64,000 nucleotides of DNA, from contig CAVQJC010000020.1 of assembly GCA_963712745.1 (NCBI GenBank), positions 128,001-192,000 of the forward strand, in the 5' to 3' direction. The position numbers were made by a program, and so were the translations under genes. Source of the stretch: an uncultured Chloroflexia bacterium. GTDB taxonomy: Bacteria > Chloroflexota > Limnocylindria > Limnocylindrales > CSP1-4. Under the pieces are notes generated by a model. The model saw only the letters and a list, made by a program, of their open reading frames with translations, searched no databases and had not been told where the DNA came from. Shown one piece after another: positions 59,247-64,000 of the stretch (position 1 is the first letter of the stretch; every line of letters starts with the position of its first letter).

Positions 59247-60626
59247 TCAGGCCCCGTGGTCGGGCGCCACGGCGTCAAGGAACGCCGCCGCACCCTTGCG
59301 GTCAAGCAGGTTGGTATCGAAGCCACCCGAGAGGAACGTCTCGTCCTCGAGGAGGGCCCGGTGGAACGGGATGTTCGTCTCGATGCCCTCGACCAGCAGT
59401 TCGCGCAGCGCCACGCGAGAGCGTGCGATGGCGGATTCCCGGTCGGGACCCCAGACGATGAGCTTGCCCAGGAGTAAATCGTAGTACGGCGGCACCTCGT
59501 AGCCGCTGTAGAGGTGGGTCTCCATGCGGATGCCGGCGCCACCGGGCGGAACGTAGTGCTCGACCACCCCGGCCTGGGGCTGGAAATCGGCCCGCACATC
59601 CTCGGCATTGATGCGGAACTCGATGGCGTGACCGCGGCTGTGGACATCCTCCTGGCCATAGCCCAGCTCCTCGCCGGCCGCGAGCCGGATCTGCTCGGCC
59701 ACGATATCGATGCCGCTGAGCATCTCGGTCACCGGGTGCTCCACCTGGATGCGGGCGTTGATCTCGATGAAGTAGTAGCGACCCTCGCCGTCGACGAGGA
59801 ACTCCAGCGTACCCACGTTCTGGTAGCCCGCGGCCACGGCCGCCTTGACCGCCGCCTCGCAGAGGGCCGTGCGTGTGGCCTCGTCGATGGCCGGGCTGGG
59901 TGCCTCCTCCACGATCTTCTGGTGCCGCCGCTGGACCGAGCAGTCGCGCTCACCGACATGGACGCCGTGGCCATACATGTCGATGAGCACCTGGACCTCG
60001 ACGTGCCGCGTCCGCTCGAGCCACTTCTCGAGATAGAGCGAATCGTCCCCGAACGCGGCTCGCGCCTCCGAGCGGCAGACCGTCAGCGCCTGCTGCAGCT
60101 CGCGCGGGGTGCGCACCATGCGCATGCCCTTGCCGCCACCACCAGCACTGGGCTTGATGAGCAGCGGATAGCCCACGCGCTCGGCCTCCTCGAGCGCATG
60201 CGTGTCGTCGCGCAGCATGCCGTGGGAGCCGGGCACCATGGGCAGGCCGTGCTGGGCCAGCAACTCACGGGTCCCTGCCTTCGAGGCAAAGCGCTCGAGC
60301 ACCTCTGCCGAGGGGCCGATGAAGGTGAGGTCGTGAGCCCGGGTCATCTCCGCGAATCCGTCGTCCTCGCTGAGGAAGCCGTAGCCGGGATGGATGGCAT
60401 CGCAGCCGCTGACCAGGGCTGCGCTGATGACCGACGCTGCGCTCAGGTAGGAGCGTGCGGACTCGGCGGGGCCGATGCAGATGGACTCGTCGGCCATGCG
60501 CACGGCGCGCGATTCGGTGTCGGCCTCGCTGTGGGCCACGACCGCCTCGATGCCCATGCTTCGGCAGGCGCGCAGCACGCGTACGGCGATCTCGCCGCGG
60601 TTGGCGATGAGGACACGGGTGATCAC
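59247..60626 (-). CDS. accC: Biotin carboxylase
   Basis: ANRGEIA, HPGYGFLSE, GGGGKGM, RDCSVQRR, RIQVEH. Confidence 0.95.
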   Translation of the reverse strand: MITRVLIANRGEIAVRVLRACRSMGIEAVVAHSEADTESRAVRMADESICIGPAESARSYLSAASVISAALVSGCDAIHPGYGFLSEDDGFAEMTRAHDLTFIGPSAEVLERFASKAGTRELLAQHGLPMVPGSHGMLRDDTHALEEAERVGYPLLIKPSAGGGGKGMRMVRTPRELQQALTVCRSEARAAFGDDSLYLEKWLERTRHVEVQVLIDMYGHGVHVGERDCSVQRRHQKIVEEAPSPAIDEATRTALCEAAVKAAVAAGYQNVGTLEFLVDGEGRYYFIEINARIQVEHPVTEMLSGIDIVAEQIRLAAGEELGYGQEDVHSRGHAIEFRINAEDVRADFQPQAGVVEHYVPPGGAGIRMETHLYSGYEVPPYYDLLLGKLIVWGPDRESAIARSRVALRELLVEGIETNIPFHRALLEDETFLSGGFDTNLLDRKGAAAFLDAVAPDHGA

Positions 60627-61138
60627 GACTCGGCCACCTCGCCGACCGCCTCGCTCCCGAGCTCGACCTCGAAGGGATCGACGTCGATGAGTGCCTGACC
60701 GTACTCCACGGCCTGCCCGTCTTCGGCTAGCACGCGACTGATGATGCCGTGGGCTGGAGCTGTGACCTCCTGCGCGATGCCGAGCACATCGACGCTACCG
60801 AGCAGGTCGCCGGCCTGGACCGAGTTCCCCACCGCGAGGCCCGAGAGAGGCAGGAAGTAGCCGACCGCCGGGGAGCGTGCCACCCTGCCGTCGAGCGCAG
60901 GGGACGACTCGGACTCCGCACCGGGGCCGCCGGCGGGCAGAGCCATCCGCGACGGCGAACCCACGTCGCGTCGCAGGCGCACGCGCCAGCCACTCGTGCG
61001 CACCTCCAGCTCGCCCAGCCGGCTCGAGCGCAAGCGGGCGATGAGCGCCGGCAGCACCTCGTCCGTCAGGTCCTCGAGCCGGGCGGTCGACCCTTCGTCC
61101 GCGCCCTCCGGGACTCGCCCGGCCGCCTCGTCGGTCAC
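60623..61138 (-). CDS. BCCP-like protein lacking the biotinylated lysine
   Basis: SPAVGYF ... GSVDVLGIAQEV ... GQAVEYGQAL; DVLG replaces EAMK. Confidence 0.75.
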   Translation of the reverse strand: MTDEAAGRVPEGADEGSTARLEDLTDEVLPALIARLRSSRLGELEVRTSGWRVRLRRDVGSPSRMALPAGGPGAESESSPALDGRVARSPAVGYFLPLSGLAVGNSVQAGDLLGSVDVLGIAQEVTAPAHGIISRVLAEDGQAVEYGQALIDVDPFEVELGSEAVGEVAES

Positions 61139-62223
61139 GTATCACTCCCCTCGTCGCCGAGATGGGCATGCCCATCGACCTCGGTGCCCTGTCCGTCCTC
61201 CAGGTCGTCGGCCGCATCGGGCGCAAGCCGCTCGCCTTCGCCTACGGCCATCACCCGCTGGCCAGAGTCCAGCAACGTGCGCAGCCGGTCCACCCAGTTC
61301 TGGCGTTCACGGCGCTCACGCACCGGCAGATCCTTGGTGGTGAAGGCGCCGTAGTTGCGATACCGCGCGTAACGGGCCCGGACCAGTTCGTCGACATCAT
61401 GGTGGACCAGCGCCTCGAGCTGCGCCTCGATGGCCTCGCCCAGCCGGTGCGCGGTCTCGTCGGGATCCTCGTGAGCCCCCTCTCCCGGTTCGCTGATGAC
61501 GGTGTCGATGACCCCCAGCGCCTGCTGCTCGCGGGCCGTCAGACGCATGGCCACCGCGGCCTGCTTGGCCATGTCGCTGGTGCGCCAGAGGATGCTGGCA
61601 CAGCCCTCCGGCGAGATGACTGAGTAGATGGCGTTCTCGAGCGCGAGCACGACGTCGCCGACGGCGATGGCCAGCGCCCCGCCGGAGCCCCCTTCACCGG
61701 TGATGACGGTGACGATGGGCGTACGCAGCGAGGTCATGTCCGCGATGTTGCGGGCGATAGCCTCGGCCTGGCCCCGCTCTTCCGAGGGCGCATCGGGTGC
61801 CGCTCCGGGCGTGTCCACGAAGGTGACCACCGGCAGACCGAGCCGCTCGGCCAGCTTCAGCAGCCGACCGGCCTTGCGGTAGCCCTCTGGGTGGGGCATG
61901 CCGAAGTTGCGGCGGATGTTCTCCTCGACGTCACCACCCTTCTGGTGACCCAGGAACACCACGCGGTGCTCGCCGATCGTGGCCAGGCCTCCCACCAGCG
62001 CGGGGTCGTCGCCGAAGGCGCGATCGCCATGGAGCTCGACCACTTGGCTGGCCATGCCTCCCAGCAGCTCGAGCGTGTGGGGGCGCTGCACGTTGCGGGC
62101 CATCTGCACGCGCGCCCAGACGGCCTCGCGCAGGGCCTCCTCATCGACATCCGCGATCACCGACCCCGGGTCGGCGCTCTCGGGCATCGCGGTCACCGGC
62201 TCAGCCACGGATCGCCTCCGCAT
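61135..62223 (-). CDS. accA: Acetyl-CoA carboxyltransferase alpha subunit
   Basis: ELHGDR, NFGMPHPEGYRK, GEGGSGGALA, SVISPEG. Confidence 0.95.
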   Translation of the reverse strand: MRRRSVAEPVTAMPESADPGSVIADVDEEALREAVWARVQMARNVQRPHTLELLGGMASQVVELHGDRAFGDDPALVGGLATIGEHRVVFLGHQKGGDVEENIRRNFGMPHPEGYRKAGRLLKLAERLGLPVVTFVDTPGAAPDAPSEERGQAEAIARNIADMTSLRTPIVTVITGEGGSGGALAIAVGDVVLALENAIYSVISPEGCASILWRTSDMAKQAAVAMRLTAREQQALGVIDTVISEPGEGAHEDPDETAHRLGEAIEAQLEALVHHDVDELVRARYARYRNYGAFTTKDLPVRERRERQNWVDRLRTLLDSGQRVMAVGEGERLAPDAADDLEDGQGTEVDGHAHLGDEGSDT

Positions 62224-63100
62224 CGGCCCCACCGCGCCCGTTGACGGAATGCCCGTTGTGGTTGATCCGCTCGGCCCTGGGCTGAAGGTAGCGCAGCAGG
62301 CGAGCCACCTCAGCGCGCAGCTCGGCCCGCGGCACGACCAGGTCGAGGAAGCCGTGGCGGTAGAGGAACTCGGCACGCTGGAAGCCCTCGGGCAGCTCAT
62401 CGCCGGTGGTGCCCGCCGCCACGCGTGCGCCGGCAAATCCGATGAGGGCGTTGGGCTCAGCGATGTTGACGTCGCCCAGGGCTGCGAAGGAGGCGAAGAC
62501 GCCGCCAGTGGTGGGGTCGGACATGATGCTGACATAGGGCACGCCTGCGAGCGCCAGGCGTTCCACCGCCGCGCAGGTCTTGACCAGCTGCATCAACGCC
62601 AGCGTGCCTTCCTGCATGCGGGCGCCGCCCGAGGTGCTCACGGCCACGTAGGGGATGCGCCGCTCGAGGGCGGCCTCTGCGGCGCGGGTGATCTTCTCGC
62701 CCACCACCGAACCCATCGAGCCCCCCATGTAGGCGAAGTCCATGGCGCAGATCGAGACCGATTGGCCCTCGATGGCCCCGATGCCCCAGACCGCCGCATC
62801 GCGGATGCCGGTCTTGGCCTTCTGTTCAGCGACCCGATCGGGGTAGGTCTTGAGATCGACGAAGCCAAGAGGATCGAGCGATTCGAGCCCGGCATCATGC
62901 TCTTCGAACGAGTCGGCATCGAGCAGGCTGCCGAGGCGGACATCCACCCGCAGCCGGAAGTGGTGCCCGCACCTGGGGCAGACGCGCTGGTTCTCCTCGA
63001 GCTGCTTGTTGTAGATCATCTCGCTACAGCCGGGGCACTTGGTCCAGAGGTCTGAGCGCGAGGAATCGGGGCGCGGGCGGAACGGCAGGCGGATGGGCAC
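62201..63100 (-). CDS. accD: Acetyl-CoA carboxyltransferase beta subunit
   Basis: WTKCPGC..CPRC, GGSMGSVVGE, SGGARMQEG, GFQRAEF. Confidence 0.95.
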   Translation of the reverse strand: MPIRLPFRPRPDSSRSDLWTKCPGCSEMIYNKQLEENQRVCPRCGHHFRLRVDVRLGSLLDADSFEEHDAGLESLDPLGFVDLKTYPDRVAEQKAKTGIRDAAVWGIGAIEGQSVSICAMDFAYMGGSMGSVVGEKITRAAEAALERRIPYVAVSTSGGARMQEGTLALMQLVKTCAAVERLALAGVPYVSIMSDPTTGGVFASFAALGDVNIAEPNALIGFAGARVAAGTTGDELPEGFQRAEFLYRHGFLDLVVPRAELRAEVARLLRYLQPRAERINHNGHSVNGRGGADAEAIRG

Positions 63101-63525
63101 TAGAGGATGCCCCCCGAAGATCGGGAGCGACGCCAGGCCACGATGGCCGCGCCCGCCAGCGGCAGCGCCAGCGAGACGCCCGAGGCGATGGCGCCGCCAG
63201 CTACCAGGCTGCGGCGGCGTCGATCGACACCCTGGGCATCGACCGGCTCCAACCCGCGCCCGGTCGTGGCAGCAGGATGGAGTGGGACCGGTTCCGCCAG
63301 GACGGCCCGCGGCTCTCCGGTCTGCATCCGGCGGGCAGCGGCCAAGCGGGCAGCCAGCAGATCCTCGAAACCGAAGCGCGGGTGCAGCCGGGGCAGGGAG
63401 TCGCGCAGCAGGCGCGCGGTCGCGGCCAGCTCGCCGTCAGCGCCGGACCGCGGACCGTCGTCGCCCCGGAGGATGGAGTCGATGGCGCTGTCAAGCTGCG
63501 TGGCGTTCTCGGGGGCTCCCGTCAT
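63100..63525 (-). CDS. Hypothetical protein with a C-terminal TM segment (possible anti-sigma factor)
   Basis: Overlaps the ECF sigma stop and the accD start; P..F...L..RL motif; one TM segment. Confidence 0.5.
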   Translation of the reverse strand: MTGAPENATQLDSAIDSILRGDDGPRSGADGELAATARLLRDSLPRLHPRFGFEDLLAARLAAARRMQTGEPRAVLAEPVPLHPAATTGRGLEPVDAQGVDRRRRSLVAGGAIASGVSLALPLAGAAIVAWRRSRSSGGIL

Positions 63526-64000
63526 GGCTCCAGTCGCCCACGCACCGAGACCAGGGCGCGGTGGATGAGCACACGGACGGCGCCTTCGGACTTGCCCATG
63601 ATCTCGCCGATCTCGCGCGCGCTGAGTTCGTTGACGAAGCGCAGCACGACTGCCTGGCGCCGTTCGGGGGGCAGCTCCATCACGGCCGCGAGCGCTCGCC
63701 GCGCCTCCAGGCGCGTCTCGGCCGCCACCGCCGGATCGTCAGGCGCAGTGATGTCGAGCGCCAACTCGAGGGGGTCCTGAGGGTGACGGCGGTCACGCCG
63801 TCGTTCGTTGGCGATGACGTTGCGGGCGATGGCATAGAGCCAGACGCGGAAGGTGGAGTCCTCGCCTTCACCCTGCTCGCGAAAGCGGGGCAGCGCAGAG
63901 AGCGCCTTCAGGAACACACCCTCGGTAATGTCCTCTGCGGCGTGCGGGTCGCGAGTCTCGTAGAGCGCCAGGCTGTAGATCTGTGCCACGTATCTCCGAT
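63522..64000 (-). CDS. ECF-type RNA polymerase sigma factor, 5' end outside window
   Basis: AAEDIT..VF, FRVWLYAIARN, EIGEIMGKSEGAVRVLIHRA. Confidence 0.92.
   Translation of the reverse strand, partial: RRYVAQIYSLALYETRDPHAAEDITEGVFLKALSALPRFREQGEGEDSTFRVWLYAIARNVIANERRRDRRHPQDPLELALDITAPDDPAVAAETRLEARRALAAVMELPPERRQAVVLRFVNELSAREIGEIMGKSEGAVRVLIHRALVSVRGRLEP

Overview
High-GC bacterial chromosomal segment; gene content suggests Chloroflexota, possibly Limnocylindria/Ellin6529-like (inference only). No rRNA, tRNA or CRISPR array was seen. It carries housekeeping genes (pepN, add, thyX, purine nucleoside phosphorylase, moaA, acs, a DEAD-box helicase), a truncated IS110 element whose structured non-coding leader is retained, and a redox/hypoxia island. 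That island holds two USPs, a two-domain multicopper oxidase, a DosS/DosR-like pair with several DosR/OsdR-like boxes, Rrf2, DsbA-VKOR and an ArsR-DsrE-TusA-DsrE2-TusA-SQR sulfur relay. Further on are tandem DUF885 paralogs, a GGDEF-PolX-TPR/HIRAN-like-degenerate methylase run, and an ECF-sigma-led acc/fab operon. The most unusual signals are: an apparently standalone ~270-nt structured RNA (about 590-862, minus strand); a GIY-YIG-like nuclease fused to GreA; two tiny Zn-ribbon ORFs behind switch-like leaders; a 21-nt promoter element shared by two genes; a BCCP paralog without the biotin lysine; and a candidate DosR-regulated sRNA. Four genes carry single-base frameshifts in a common context, probably sequencing errors. 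All calls come from reading motifs by eye; no database searches were run.
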